The translations under genes were made by a program, and so were the position numbers. A model generated the notes under the pieces. That model did not search any database. It was not told where the DNA came from and saw only the letters and a program-made list of their open reading frames with translations. From Opitutales bacterium (lineage in GTDB: Bacteria > Verrucomicrobiota > Verrucomicrobiia > Opitutales > PNEW01): a stretch of 64,000 nt of DNA. Of the stretch, positions 9,476-19,665 are shown one piece after another. The DNA lies in assembly GCA_965197745.1 (NCBI GenBank), contig CBDANS010000007.1, positions 1,568,001 through 1,632,000 on the forward strand, written 5' to 3'. Numbering within the stretch: the first letter of the stretch is position 1; every line of letters starts with the position of its first letter.

Positions 9476-10252
9476 ATGAAACTCAAGGAATCAGAAGTCC
9501 AAACTTTTCAACGAGAGGGATACTTGAAGGTCCCCCATCGGGTGATTGAGAAAAATCACCTCCAGCGTCTTGTCAGATCTTATGACGAGGTATTTAATGA
9601 CCATGGAATAGGAGAAGGTGTGCGCAACCTTTCGCAAACGGAATCCACAACTGAGGCAGCGGTGGAAACGGATGACGGGAAGATGTGGCAGGCAATGGGG
9701 ATGTGGAAAAGAAACAAGGATTTCAGGTATCTGCTCTATCACAAGCCGTTGCTCGATATTGCTGAGAGTCTGATTGGTGGAAGCGTACAGCTATTTGGAG
9801 ACCAGGCGCTTTATAAACCGGCGAACAACGGTGGCCCTATTCCCTGGCACCAGGACAATAGTTATTGGCGTTGTCAGCCAGCAAAACTGGTCAATATCTG
9901 GATTGCCCTCGACGACACCGATGAAGAAAACGGTTGCATGAATGTCATCCCCGGCAGTCACGCGAGCGGTGCGTTGGAGCATTCACGAGCTAAGACGGGC
10001 GATGGAAATACATCGGCTATATTAATGACATCACAGGTAGATGAGGGGGGCAAAGCTGTCTCCATACCCTTGACCGCGGGTCATGCCATGGTTCATCATT
10101 GTTTAACCTTTCATACCACGCAGCCAAATTATTCCAGCCGTGACCGGCGGGCAATGGTCATTCACTACATGCCGGTAGGGACCCGCAATGGTGTCGGGGA
10201 GTTGTTGGAAGAGGAAGACTATCCGCTATTGAGAGGTCAGAACGTTAATTAG
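9476..10252 (+). CDS. PhyH family dioxygenase, tandem duplicate of 8685..9437
   Basis: Same motifs; near-identical 5' nucleotide sequence and RBS region. Confidence 0.95.
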   Translation: MKLKESEVQTFQREGYLKVPHRVIEKNHLQRLVRSYDEVFNDHGIGEGVRNLSQTESTTEAAVETDDGKMWQAMGMWKRNKDFRYLLYHKPLLDIAESLIGGSVQLFGDQALYKPANNGGPIPWHQDNSYWRCQPAKLVNIWIALDDTDEENGCMNVIPGSHASGALEHSRAKTGDGNTSAILMTSQVDEGGKAVSIPLTAGHAMVHHCLTFHTTQPNYSSRDRRAMVIHYMPVGTRNGVGELLEEEDYPLLRGQNVN

Positions 10253-10267
10253 ACAAGCAGGACAGGT

Positions 10268-10290
10268 CCTTCGGCGATGCTCAGGGCAGG
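10268..10290. repeat. Short REP-like element CCTTCG...GCTCAGGGCAGG
   Basis: Related copies in reverse orientation at 12330-12353 and 46085-46108. Confidence 0.7.
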
Positions 10291-10425
10291 CAGGTGTCGG
10301 GTGTCGGAATAGATATATAAGATGGACAATGAAAACGACCATCAATAGCGTGGATGGGAATGGGGATTTTATTTAAATCCATGCACGCATAATTTTACAC
10401 ATAAGATAAAAATGGAAGGTTGCCG

Positions 10426-11196
10426 ATGTTAACCGACCAGCAAGTCACATTTTTTAATACCTTTGGTTTCATTATCCTCAGGGAAGTGTTTTCGGAAAAT
10501 GAACTCGCTATTATTAATGATGAGTTTAATCGAGGGGCTATAGATAAGCGGCAAATTCACCCGACGCTTACTAACTGGTCCAACCTTGGCCCGGAGGCAT
10601 CTTTCCTCAATGTGTTGCCGGAAGATCCGCGAATATGTGAAACGGCAGAGCAGTTATTTGGAGAAGATGCGGTAGCGATGTCATCGAACAGTAGCCGCCG
10701 GGTGGGCGACACACACTGGCATACTGATCGACCTGCCCCCCATTCTTACGGAATGAAATTTTCCGCTTATCTGCAGCCCATCGATGCCAGTAATGGCGCG
10801 CTTCGTGTCATACCGGGATCACACAAGAAACCATATATTGATAATCTGAAGAAAATTGAATTGAATACTCCGGATATTAGTGTGCCCTCGTATTCCTGTG
10901 TGTCATATCCAGGAGACATTGTCCTTATCAACTTAGCCTTATGGCATTCCAGTTGGGGCGGATCCTCTGACCGTCGCGTGTGTACCATGGACTTTTACAA
11001 AAATCCTAAAATACCTGAAGAAGAAGAGGCTATTTATGATCAGGTGAAAATCGATAAAGAAGTTTACGCAAAAGTCCGCACCAGCGGGACTAACTTCCAT
11101 CCCCAATGGTTAGCCAATTCTCAAAACAGTCCCCGACGTCAGCGCTGGATCGATTGGTTGCGGAAATATGGGTATGTCGAATCGAATGCGACCTGA
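10426..11196 (+). CDS. PhyH family dioxygenase
   Basis: FFNTFGF, WHTD, GALRVIPGSH, PGDIVL...LWH, DRR. Confidence 0.92.
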   Translation: MLTDQQVTFFNTFGFIILREVFSENELAIINDEFNRGAIDKRQIHPTLTNWSNLGPEASFLNVLPEDPRICETAEQLFGEDAVAMSSNSSRRVGDTHWHTDRPAPHSYGMKFSAYLQPIDASNGALRVIPGSHKKPYIDNLKKIELNTPDISVPSYSCVSYPGDIVLINLALWHSSWGGSSDRRVCTMDFYKNPKIPEEEEAIYDQVKIDKEVYAKVRTSGTNFHPQWLANSQNSPRRQRWIDWLRKYGYVESNAT

Positions 11197-11269
11197 AAAG
11201 TTTTGACCAGCTTAGTGAAGGTATTAATATTCGTAATCTCTAATTCCCACTCTCAAGTTAACTAATATT

Positions 11270-12121
11270 ATGATACAGGATAATCACAGTCTTACAGAAA
11301 AGCAGATCCAACACTTTGAGACCTTTGGCTTTTTGGTCCGCCGTCAAGTGTTTAGGCTCGAGGAAATTGAACGTATTGACGGAGAGTTTGAAAATCATTT
11401 AACCGGAATGAAAGAGGAGTTTGAGCAAAAGAAAGATAGGCCTTGGCCTAATTGGTCGAATCTGATTCCAGAGACACCTTATATAGCAAATTTATTAGAA
11501 GATCCACGTATCTGCGTGCCTACCGAACAATTGCTGGGAGAAGACACCGCCCCTGTGTATTCCAATGCCAACAGCATGAATAAAAGTACCGGTTGGCATC
11601 CAGATATGCTTCATCGACATATTCGCGGACTTAAAAATCTTATATACCTGCAACCAACAACCGGTGATCATGGATCATTACGTCTCATTCCAGGTTCCCA
11701 TATGAATCCAATGTTTGATGAACTGCTACGGATTGGATTAAAAATAACCGCTGATAACGGACCGCAGTTTCTAAAAGATTCCGGCATGCGTGGTGAAGAT
11801 ATTCCCGCTTATATATTTTGTTCGGAGCCTGGGGACGTAATCACTTTTAACCAGAATACATGGCATGCCGCTTTTAATTGTTTTGAAGATCGAAGGCTCT
11901 GTTCTTTTGGTTTCTACAGCAACCCGAAGACTGCTCAAGAAGAAGTGGAACTACATGCACTGGCGGATAGAGCAAAAGAGCATAAAAAAACCCTGACCAT
12001 GAGTTCACAATCACAATACCATCATCCGTGGTGGTTATCTAACCCGGAAGGCAGTGCGCGGCGAGCACGATGGATAGAGTGGTTAGAGAATTGGGGATTT
12101 ATCGAAGCTTTAAATAATTAA
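11270..12121 (+). CDS. PhyH family dioxygenase (same subfamily as 10426..11196)
   Basis: HFETFGF, WHPD, GSLRLIPGSH, PGDVITF...TWH, DRR; shared C-terminal WL.N...S.RR.RWI.WL. Confidence 0.92.
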   Translation: MIQDNHSLTEKQIQHFETFGFLVRRQVFRLEEIERIDGEFENHLTGMKEEFEQKKDRPWPNWSNLIPETPYIANLLEDPRICVPTEQLLGEDTAPVYSNANSMNKSTGWHPDMLHRHIRGLKNLIYLQPTTGDHGSLRLIPGSHMNPMFDELLRIGLKITADNGPQFLKDSGMRGEDIPAYIFCSEPGDVITFNQNTWHAAFNCFEDRRLCSFGFYSNPKTAQEEVELHALADRAKEHKKTLTMSSQSQYHHPWWLSNPEGSARRARWIEWLENWGFIEALNN

Positions 12122-12125
12122 ATAA

Positions 12126-12392
12126 GGTGGAGCGGGCTGCCTGACGTCCATAGCCTAACAACGCACAGCGACGGCTGTTCCCCTAGCACGCTTCTTTACT
12201 TACGACATTCACCAACGCGGTAGGGAACAGCCGTCGTCCCGCGGTGGCGGGACTATGGCTGTCAGGCACCGCGTTCCACCCTATATGTCATAGCTAAGAT
12301 GATAATTTACATATTACCTCTGAACCCAACCTGCCCTGAGCGCAGTCGAAGGGAACCTTCTTACCTAATACTTAAATCCTAACACCTAACAC
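12126..12392. repeat. GGTGGAGCG...CGTTCCACC hairpin (12126-12280) with nested inserts, plus REP-like 12330-12353 and YTAAMAC heptamers
   Basis: Inverted arms visible; homologous to 2824-2937, 19362-19451 and 23448-23524. Confidence 0.85.
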
Positions 12393-12411
12393 ACAAAATC
12401 TATCGATTTTT

Positions 12412-14985
12412 TCATTCCCCCTTCAGGCTATGAACCGTCAACCCTTCGAATTTTGGTTTACCGGGAGTGATGAAACTCAAGGAGTAACCCAAAACAATTC
12501 CCACGGTCATCCCGACAATGGAATATAGGAAAAAATGAACATCGGTATATTGTTTTAAAAAACACAATAGTATGACACTAAGCACCGTGCTGGTAATAAC
12601 GCCGAAGCTGTTCGTGCGATTGGTAAAGATGCCAAGCGCAAATACTCCCCCTATCGCACCGCCAAACAGGTTTAAAGCAATAATAAATACATCCCACATC
12701 GAGGAGCTGTCCAGTTTTGCCATCCAGAGGGCGGCACCCGTTCCAAACATTCCGAGCAATCCAGTCAGCCAGCGTGAGACGACAAGTAAATGATGATCGG
12801 TAGAGGCCGGCCTGGACCGCTTGTAGAAATCAGTGACGATGACCGTCGCCGTGCTGTGCATGGAACTGTCCAGGCTGGACATCGCCGCGGCAAAAATTCC
12901 GGCAATAATGATACCACTGAGACCGATGGGGATATTTTGAACAATAAATAAAGGGACGACGGCATCAGTGGGCAAAGTCGGGTTTAATTGTTGGGGATGT
13001 GTTTTATAATAGACGTAAAGTACAGTCCCCAGACCAAATGCGATAAAAGACCAGGGGATGGCAAACAGGCAATCACACCAAAGCGCTTTTTTCGCTTCTT
13101 TTGCATCCGCAGTCGTCATAATTCGCTGAACGATCGTTTGATCCGTGCATAAATTTAATAGGCGGGTGATTATAGCATTCAGGAGGACAACCCATATTAC
13201 TGCTTCAGTGTAATCCCATTTGAAAATGGCCATCGTCAGCTTGCGGTCTGTCAAAGCAACTTCAAAAAAAGTTCCTACCCCGCCATCGATGTCTGTAAGG
13301 ACAAGCACGATACAAAGTATGGCACCCCCCATAAGAACAATGAGCTGAATAACATCCGTCCAGATGACGGCTTCCATACCTCCCAACACGGTATAGACGG
13401 TGGCGAATACACCCATGAGAAGGATGCAGGTGTATTTATCGATACCGGTTACCGCGGAGAGCGCGAGCGCTGGTAGAAAAAGAACGACGCTCATGCGCCC
13501 GAGGATTTGAAAGAGACAGAATATCCCGGCAATTATAAGACGAACAACGATATTAAACCTTGCTTCAAGGTACTCGTAAACGGAAGTAAACTTTAATTTG
13601 TGATAAAAAGGAATGATCGTGCTATTAATAAACGGAACGACGATAAACCAAACGACAACTGCGGTAAAATAGACCCAGTTAGTAGCAAATGCTTTCGCGG
13701 GAATAGCCATAAAACCAATGGAACTTACTCCCGTAGCTAACATGCTCAGCCCAGCTGCCCAGAAAGGAATGCGCTTCCCCGCCAGCAAATAATCTTTCGT
13801 CGTTTTTTCCCTTTTGGAAAAATAAAACCCCATCCCCATTAACACGACCAGATACAATATAAGTAATGTGTAATCGAGGGGATGAAAATACCTTTTTATT
13901 ATACTCTTGGTTCGAGCAAGAAAGATTTTAGTAGTCCGTATTCCCGGCGATGTTTCTCCGCTCGCCAAAACGTAACCCTCTGCAAAGGGAACGATACCCG
14001 TATGCACTATGCTTTGTGGAAGGTGTCCGAACTTTACCCAGGTGTCGGTAATCGTATGGTAGGCTAATATGTCATCAGCAAATCGAGATTCGACCTTCAA
14101 CAAACCAGTCCGGCCGATATAATGACCATCAGATCCGCCGAAAATCATGATATGCGACTGACCGATCGCAGCTGCAGGTGCCTGGAACGCGGGGCGTGGC
14201 ATAGGCGCAATTTGCTTCCAACGATTAATTAAATCATCTTCACGTGGATCATAAAAGTAGGCGTCATTGAGATAGACTTCATCGTGTTTACCACTAAACA
14301 GATATAGACAGGGATGATAGCCGCTGTTTTGGGTAATGAGTGTCGCTCCGTAGCGTTCTAAACCAGGAAAGGATTGAAGCTCCTGCCACAGCATCATCTC
14401 GCCCTCTTGGGATGGCATAAGATCCAAGACCATGAAATTATTGAGCGGGCCCTCCTCATTCATTCCCCCGGCAGCATAGATCATATTCCCAACGCGCGCA
14501 GCAGCTGCCCCATGACATTTGAGAGGAAGACCTGGTAATTCCTCTCTTACAATTTCCTTACTCTCTTCATTCCAGTTTAAAATAAAAACTTCTTCATATA
14601 GGTTGTTTTCATCGCGTCCTCCCAGGCAGACGAGACCATTATCCACTACCACCGAGGCTCCATCGGTGACAGGATGCGGCAATTTAAAATTTGTATGCCA
14701 AAGGTATTTATTTTTACCCGTTTTTTCTAAAACGTAAATTGAATCATGATAGACAGTTTGTCCGTCTTGGCTATTAATTTGAGATGTACTCGACCCCCCG
14801 GCAATTATCAACGCGCCATTGCTTGTTCCGATAAATGCTCCGGCAATGCCCGCTTCGTGTGGCAAGTTTGGCAATTCTTGCCAGGTGAATAAATCATCAG
14901 GGGAAATATTTTCACCGGATTCTGCCGCGACGGAGGTGCAGACGGTAATTAAAATAGATAGAAATATAAATAAAGTGTATCGCAT
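12412..14985 (-). CDS. Kelch/NanM-like beta-propeller fused to sodium:solute symporter
   Basis: Signal peptide; kelch repeats (IIAGG, CLGG, AAGG, IFGG, YHTITDTW); SSS motifs DYLLAGKRIPFW, YEYLEARF, GGMEAVIWTD, AAAMSSLDS; ATG 14985 preferred over 15081. Confidence 0.9.
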   Translation of the reverse strand: MRYTLFIFLSILITVCTSVAAESGENISPDDLFTWQELPNLPHEAGIAGAFIGTSNGALIIAGGSSTSQINSQDGQTVYHDSIYVLEKTGKNKYLWHTNFKLPHPVTDGASVVVDNGLVCLGGRDENNLYEEVFILNWNEESKEIVREELPGLPLKCHGAAAARVGNMIYAAGGMNEEGPLNNFMVLDLMPSQEGEMMLWQELQSFPGLERYGATLITQNSGYHPCLYLFSGKHDEVYLNDAYFYDPREDDLINRWKQIAPMPRPAFQAPAAAIGQSHIMIFGGSDGHYIGRTGLLKVESRFADDILAYHTITDTWVKFGHLPQSIVHTGIVPFAEGYVLASGETSPGIRTTKIFLARTKSIIKRYFHPLDYTLLILYLVVLMGMGFYFSKREKTTKDYLLAGKRIPFWAAGLSMLATGVSSIGFMAIPAKAFATNWVYFTAVVVWFIVVPFINSTIIPFYHKLKFTSVYEYLEARFNIVVRLIIAGIFCLFQILGRMSVVLFLPALALSAVTGIDKYTCILLMGVFATVYTVLGGMEAVIWTDVIQLIVLMGGAILCIVLVLTDIDGGVGTFFEVALTDRKLTMAIFKWDYTEAVIWVVLLNAIITRLLNLCTDQTIVQRIMTTADAKEAKKALWCDCLFAIPWSFIAFGLGTVLYVYYKTHPQQLNPTLPTDAVVPLFIVQNIPIGLSGIIIAGIFAAAMSSLDSSMHSTATVIVTDFYKRSRPASTDHHLLVVSRWLTGLLGMFGTGAALWMAKLDSSSMWDVFIIALNLFGGAIGGVFALGIFTNRTNSFGVITSTVLSVILLCFLKQYTDVHFFLYSIVGMTVGIVLGYSLSFITPGKPKFEGLTVHSLKGE

Positions 14986-15192
14986 GCGATAGCCATTACC
15001 GAGACCCGCGGCTGCGTGAAAACATCTTCCAAAGGTAGAGAAGACACAAGAAAAAGATTTAGGGAAATAAGGTGGAGCCATCAGGCACGGCGACCCACCA
15101 TTTTCAATTTATAATAAATAGTAGAGTGGAATCCTGCATTCGCATAGACGCTATCCCTCTACAGGTGTCGGTATCAACACACGCGCTGTAAC

Positions 15193-15220
15193 TTGACATC
15201 AAAGCCACTAATTTTATATT
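15193..15220 (+). promoter_or_regulatory. Putative sigma-70 promoter of 15231..16073
   Basis: TTGACA-16 bp-TATATT ending 10 bp before the ATG (near-leaderless). Confidence 0.45.
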
Positions 15221-15230
15221 AACCGGTATC

Positions 15231-16073
15231 ATGAAATATGTTACTCCCGATACGGACTGGTCTAAATTGACTTTAGGGGAGAGGATCAAACATCTCGAAA
15301 TCGAAGGTTACGTCGTAGTTCCAGATATTCTCAGTCCCGAGCATGTCAAAAAGCTCAAAGCTGAAACGATAAAACTTGAGACTAACCATACCGATTACAG
15401 TGAGAGACAACGTGTTTTAAAAGAGAGAAATCTGGAGTATAAGGGTGGGGTCTTTACCGATCTAGTTGCCCATCCTCCCACCATCGCTTTCTTGAAAGAA
15501 CTTTGTGGCGATGAGATTATCATGATGTCGTACTCCTATTCGCGTTCTGAACCGGGCCATCCGGGTATCAATTTTCATAGTGATGCCATGAGTTATGGAT
15601 CGCACCATTTTGGACACTCACTCAGCTGTCCGAAAATGCTGCGTGTTCTCTACTACCTGGACGATCTAACCCCGGAAGTTTCACCTTTCCGCATTATCCC
15701 TCGCACGCATCTTAGTTTTCATAATCAGGCCAACCCCTACCTGCGTTACAAGGAACATCCTGAACAGGTCATGGTTACCTGCAAGGCGGGGTCTGCAGTT
15801 TTCTTTAATATGTATTGTTTTCACGGAAATTTCCCTAACGTAGGGGATAGGCCGCGAGAAGTGTTGTTAATAAGTTACCGTCCTTCGTGGGCCGGTCCGA
15901 TTAATGAAATTGAGTCGAGAGACCCTGAAAAAGTAGCAACCCTGCCCCCAGAAATACAAGCGTTAATGGGCGATTTGAATACCCGCATCTGGAAGCCGGA
16001 TGCAGGTAACATTCACCCCGACATGCCCAGTGAAGCTACGGGAATCAATCCGAGTCGTTGGGATCGCGTCTAG
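15231..16073 (+). CDS. PhyH family dioxygenase
   Basis: LEIEGYVVV, FHSD, YYLDD, PFRIIPRTH, CFHG, PRE. Confidence 0.9.
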   Translation: MKYVTPDTDWSKLTLGERIKHLEIEGYVVVPDILSPEHVKKLKAETIKLETNHTDYSERQRVLKERNLEYKGGVFTDLVAHPPTIAFLKELCGDEIIMMSYSYSRSEPGHPGINFHSDAMSYGSHHFGHSLSCPKMLRVLYYLDDLTPEVSPFRIIPRTHLSFHNQANPYLRYKEHPEQVMVTCKAGSAVFFNMYCFHGNFPNVGDRPREVLLISYRPSWAGPINEIESRDPEKVATLPPEIQALMGDLNTRIWKPDAGNIHPDMPSEATGINPSRWDRV

Positions 16074-16105
16074 TGTGATTGCGGATTGAGGATTACAGAA
16101 TGCGT

Positions 16106-16294
16106 AGCGACGACACTACCGAACGCAGCGACATCTTCCATTCCAGGGGTTTACCGGTCACGTATTGACATCCCTCTGGAATGGAAGATGTCGGGCTGTA
16201 ACCCTCGGTAGCTTCGTCGCGTTGCTCCTCGCAATGACAATAAGGTGGAGCGTTCCACCTCTTTGCTTAACACCTAAAACTTAAAACCTAACAC
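16106..16294. repeat. Composite hairpin/repeat block between convergent genes
   Basis: CGACATCTTCCATTCCAG/CTGGAATGGAAGATGTCG arms; CTCGCAATGACAA arm; collapsed GGTGGAGCGTTCCACC at 16244-16259; YTAAMAC heptamers. Confidence 0.8.
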
Positions 16295-16306
16295 TTCTCG
16301 AAGAGA

Positions 16307-18580
16307 TCAGTCGATAGTGATCTCTTCGAGAGCAACCTCAATTGCATCTCCATCTTCATTGGCGAAGGTTGCATCGATACTCAGTGTGGGCTGAGGGGTG
16401 TTGTCGGACTTGAAATTGTTCTGGGTGATCAGGGTCTCAAACCCGGTTGTCGTCGATCCACTCTCTGCGACGACGATCGAAGCTCCGTTCGTCTGGGCCA
16501 GGTCGCCTCCAGTGATCCGCAAACCGGGATTGCCTGCCGGCACCGTGAACGATCCTGAACCAAATAGCAGGTGTGGGACCGCATCGTCGCTGGCATCGAT
16601 GTCCCCGACGGTCAAACGTACCGCGATCGGCACTCCCCGCGCATCTATGCCGATCCTGCCGGTGCTTCCCGAAAAAACAGTGTTCGACAACTGCATGCCA
16701 CCCATTCCCGTGGAGTTGATCACTTCCACCAGGGTCACGTCGGCTTGTGCATCATAGACCTGTCCCTCGGGGAACAGCGCCTGGTTCACCGCGTTGATTG
16801 ATCCTACCGTGAAGATACTGAAGAAAGTACTGGAGTCAGCACCATCAATAACCACGCTCGGTTTGCCCGTCACGTACTCCACTGCCTGATTATAGCGCGG
16901 GGGCAGGGCCGGGGGCAGGAAGGACGCAGGGTCCAGGTTTACGGTAAAAGTGCCAGCGCCCGAAAACTCAACCTGCACGATATCCTCGTCTTCGTCCATG
17001 AAGGAAACCCTCGTGATCTGATTCGGTTTCGCTGGGAGTTGAATGGATTCCCCGGTGAGCAGGATCTGGTCGAAGACGTTACCGTTAGGATGCTGGATGT
17101 TTTCACCAGCTATATCACCTGAACCGTCGAGGACGAGAGGGACAGAGTGAGCTGCAACGGTAATGACTGCAGTATCACTATTGACGGTCCCTCCGGCATT
17201 TGTGACCAGCACCCAGAAGTTTGTGCTCGTTGTGAGTGCACTGGTGGTGAAGGTGCTGTCAGTGGCTCCGCTGATAGGACTAGTGGTATCACCGCTATTA
17301 CCTGAATACCACTGGTAAGTAAGATCATCTCCACTGACCATAACTGATAAAACAACTGCAGTTCCCGATTGCACTTCCTGACTCGCGGGTTGGTTAGTAA
17401 TGGAGGGACCTTGTGCGGGGGGCGGTTCACCTCCCCCCGTCGGGATGCCGATCGGAGTAAACCCAAAATCGTCAAGAGCGATGTTCGTTAAAAATCCACC
17501 AGTCTGCGCTTGTGGTGACGGACCATTTCTATAAGTAATTTTTGCTATCCCGTCCGGCGCTCCTAATTCTTCTGCCACAAAGGAGAAAAAGGTAAAGGGA
17601 AAGTCAGGCAACTCGATACTCATATTTAAGGGGACATCATTGGTCGAGGTGAGCATATTCCCCGCCGTGTCGAATACTTCTAACGTCCCGTCGCCTTCTT
17701 CACCCACCGCCGCGTAAAACTCCACCTTCGCCGCCGGTGTTTCTTCAAAATTTATTTCTCCCATCGTTTCATCAAGAACTTGCCAGGAACCACCTGCGAC
17801 ATCGCCTAATGATGATGAACTACTGGGAGCGAGAGGAAAAGTATGGTTAAAACGCTTAGTCACGTTGCTATTAATGGTTACAATAACGGTGGTAACGACA
17901 CCCGTAGTAAAATGAGCCGTGTTTGGTGATTCACCGATGGTAAAATTTACCCGGTTTACAGAAGTTTTAAATATGGGGTGATTATCTAAATCCGAAAAAT
18001 CTTCAAAAACGGTATTGTTGGGAGGCCCTACAACATGGGTAAAAGTAAGGTCATCAATGGAGACTTGGCCGGAAGCATTAATAATTTTAATTTCTTTGAT
18101 TCCGTTCGTAAAATTGAGATCCGACGTATCGTTGATATCCCCGCTGAAAGCGACGAAACTTTGCAGAGGAGGGTTAGCACCAGGACTGATGTTATCGGGA
18201 AGGCCGTTTACAATACCAGAATCTGCCAAAACAAGAAAAACTTTATCTCTTAACTCAATGCGTCCACCACCCTGGGTATCGGCGGCAAAGAACTGAAGAT
18301 TTTGCACACCTCGCTCAAAGAGAATTTTTCCTTCTGAAGCACCGGGAACAAGGACCAGGGCCTTGATACCTGAATGCGCAAGAGCGGGATTAACTACGGT
18401 TTCCAGGGTAAAGTTAATCACCCGGGCGGTGAAGGGTGATTCGCCGATAGTAAATTCAGTTCCTTCTGCGGAGACACCCTCGAAATCGATGAAGGTTTCC
18501 TGATTTTGAGGAAAAGCAAAGGGTATACCCGCTAATAAGGTGGATATTATTAAAATTGAATTAAGGCTTTTCATAATCAT
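16307..18580 (-). CDS. Secreted/surface protein with Ig-like domain and conserved Opitutales-type C-terminal domain
   Basis: Signal peptide; PSITNQPASQ...LTYQWY...FWVLVTNAGG Ig-like module; HPNGNVFDQILLTG...DIVQVEFSGAGT C-terminal block recalled from Opitutales proteins. Confidence 0.72.
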   Translation of the reverse strand: MIMKSLNSILIISTLLAGIPFAFPQNQETFIDFEGVSAEGTEFTIGESPFTARVINFTLETVVNPALAHSGIKALVLVPGASEGKILFERGVQNLQFFAADTQGGGRIELRDKVFLVLADSGIVNGLPDNISPGANPPLQSFVAFSGDINDTSDLNFTNGIKEIKIINASGQVSIDDLTFTHVVGPPNNTVFEDFSDLDNHPIFKTSVNRVNFTIGESPNTAHFTTGVVTTVIVTINSNVTKRFNHTFPLAPSSSSSLGDVAGGSWQVLDETMGEINFEETPAAKVEFYAAVGEEGDGTLEVFDTAGNMLTSTNDVPLNMSIELPDFPFTFFSFVAEELGAPDGIAKITYRNGPSPQAQTGGFLTNIALDDFGFTPIGIPTGGGEPPPAQGPSITNQPASQEVQSGTAVVLSVMVSGDDLTYQWYSGNSGDTTSPISGATDSTFTTSALTTSTNFWVLVTNAGGTVNSDTAVITVAAHSVPLVLDGSGDIAGENIQHPNGNVFDQILLTGESIQLPAKPNQITRVSFMDEDEDIVQVEFSGAGTFTVNLDPASFLPPALPPRYNQAVEYVTGKPSVVIDGADSSTFFSIFTVGSINAVNQALFPEGQVYDAQADVTLVEVINSTGMGGMQLSNTVFSGSTGRIGIDARGVPIAVRLTVGDIDASDDAVPHLLFGSGSFTVPAGNPGLRITGGDLAQTNGASIVVAESGSTTTGFETLITQNNFKSDNTPQPTLSIDATFANEDGDAIEVALEEITID

Positions 18581-18659
18581 GAACAAGAAAAATTCGAAGG
18601 CTTATTATATTGGCCGGAAACAGCCATATTGATATAAGGGAACTTTGACAAGAGCTATT

Positions 18660-18686
18660 GCGCGCTTAAAGTTCCTTTAAGCGCGC
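18660..18686. other. Short perfect hairpin
   Basis: GCGCGCTTAAAG TTC CTTTAAGCGCGC; no U tract. Confidence 0.5.
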
Positions 18687-18840
18687 CGTCTATCTTCGCG
18701 CTTGCGTTCTCAACCTCGTTCTTCCACCTTCAATACCGTGAAGAAATGCTTTAGGAACGGTCTCGCCGGGGATGTGTGCCCGTACCACACGAAAAGCGAT
18801 TTCTTATCAGATGAAAAATCTCATAAAAAAGGGCGTTAAA

Positions 18841-19248
18841 ATGATGAAATATATTCACACTCCAGAAGATTCAAAAGATATCGATACTAAATTAGGGGTC
18901 GCTATAGCCGGGCCTGATCATGTCAAGATGGCCAAAGTTACACTCGGCGAGCTTGGGTTTAATAATTTTCCCACGCAGCGCTTGATTATTGGCACTCATA
19001 CATGGCCTCCGGGTAGAAGTCACGGTTCTCATCATCATCCGAACTGGGAGCAGTGCTATTACATCATGGCAGGTCAGGCAGAGATCACCGTTGGGGATGA
19101 GAAACGGATCGTTGGACTAGGAAGCTCTGCGTATATGCCGGCGAATGTCGAGCACAACATCACCGCAGTCGGTGATGAGATGATGGTAGCGTTCAATATC
19201 GGATGCGTCCTTGATGAAAATTATGAGGGAACAAATATAGTAACATGA
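18841..19248 (+). CDS. Cupin domain protein
   Basis: HHHPNWEQCYYIMAGQ and MPANVEH metal-binding motifs. Confidence 0.88.
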   Translation: MMKYIHTPEDSKDIDTKLGVAIAGPDHVKMAKVTLGELGFNNFPTQRLIIGTHTWPPGRSHGSHHHPNWEQCYYIMAGQAEITVGDEKRIVGLGSSAYMPANVEHNITAVGDEMMVAFNIGCVLDENYEGTNIVT

Positions 19249-19361
19249 GCTGAGAGTATCCCGATTGCGGAATACGGATTGAGGGTTGTCGTGTAATACA
19301 CTAGGTAGCGATTGCGGATTGTGCCTGACGGTTATTAATACCTTCGAATTGTCTTTGCAAT

Positions 19362-19451
19362 GGTGGAACGCGGTGCCTGACGGCCATAGCCTTGGCGACG
19401 GTTGTTCCCTACCGCGTTATATAAGTAATAGAAAAGAAGCCCGCGTTCCAC
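19362..19451. repeat. GGTGGAACGCG hairpin family copy
   Basis: GGTGGAACGCGG...CCGCGTTCCAC with nested CCTGACGGCCATAGCCTTGGCGACGG. Confidence 0.8.
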
Positions 19452-19603
19452 TCGGCGGCGGCGACAAACAGGGCGACTTCTTGAATGCCATGCTCCCGGC
19501 AAAAGCAAGCGAGGTTGCGCGCGTCCTCGCCGGGAATGATGTGGTACCGGAGTTGATAACGGACAGTATCGCCCTCAATCATCTTATCGGCATCATCCTG
19601 CAT
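19409..19603 (-). pseudogene. N-terminal fragment of a hypothetical protein, truncated at the hairpin repeat
   Basis: Co-oriented after the Gfo/Idh/MocA gene; protein-like YQLRYHIIPG...FCREHGIQEVALFVAAAEWNAG, then runs into AT-rich repeat loop. Confidence 0.55.
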
Positions 19604-19665
19604 ATCTTCGTATCTAGCCTATGGCGTCAAGGCATTTAGGAATTGTTTACCGACCAATATTTTTT

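Noticed and set aside
14986..15081. Longer start for the first kelch-SSS gene
   Set aside because: Begins inside a repeat remnant; the signal peptide starts at 14985
18690..18800. Possible gene remnant on the minus strand before the 18660 hairpin
   Set aside because: Open for about 35 codons but no recognisable motif
19286..19639. 117-aa plus-strand ORF
   Set aside because: Runs through repeat modules and is antisense to the truncated gene
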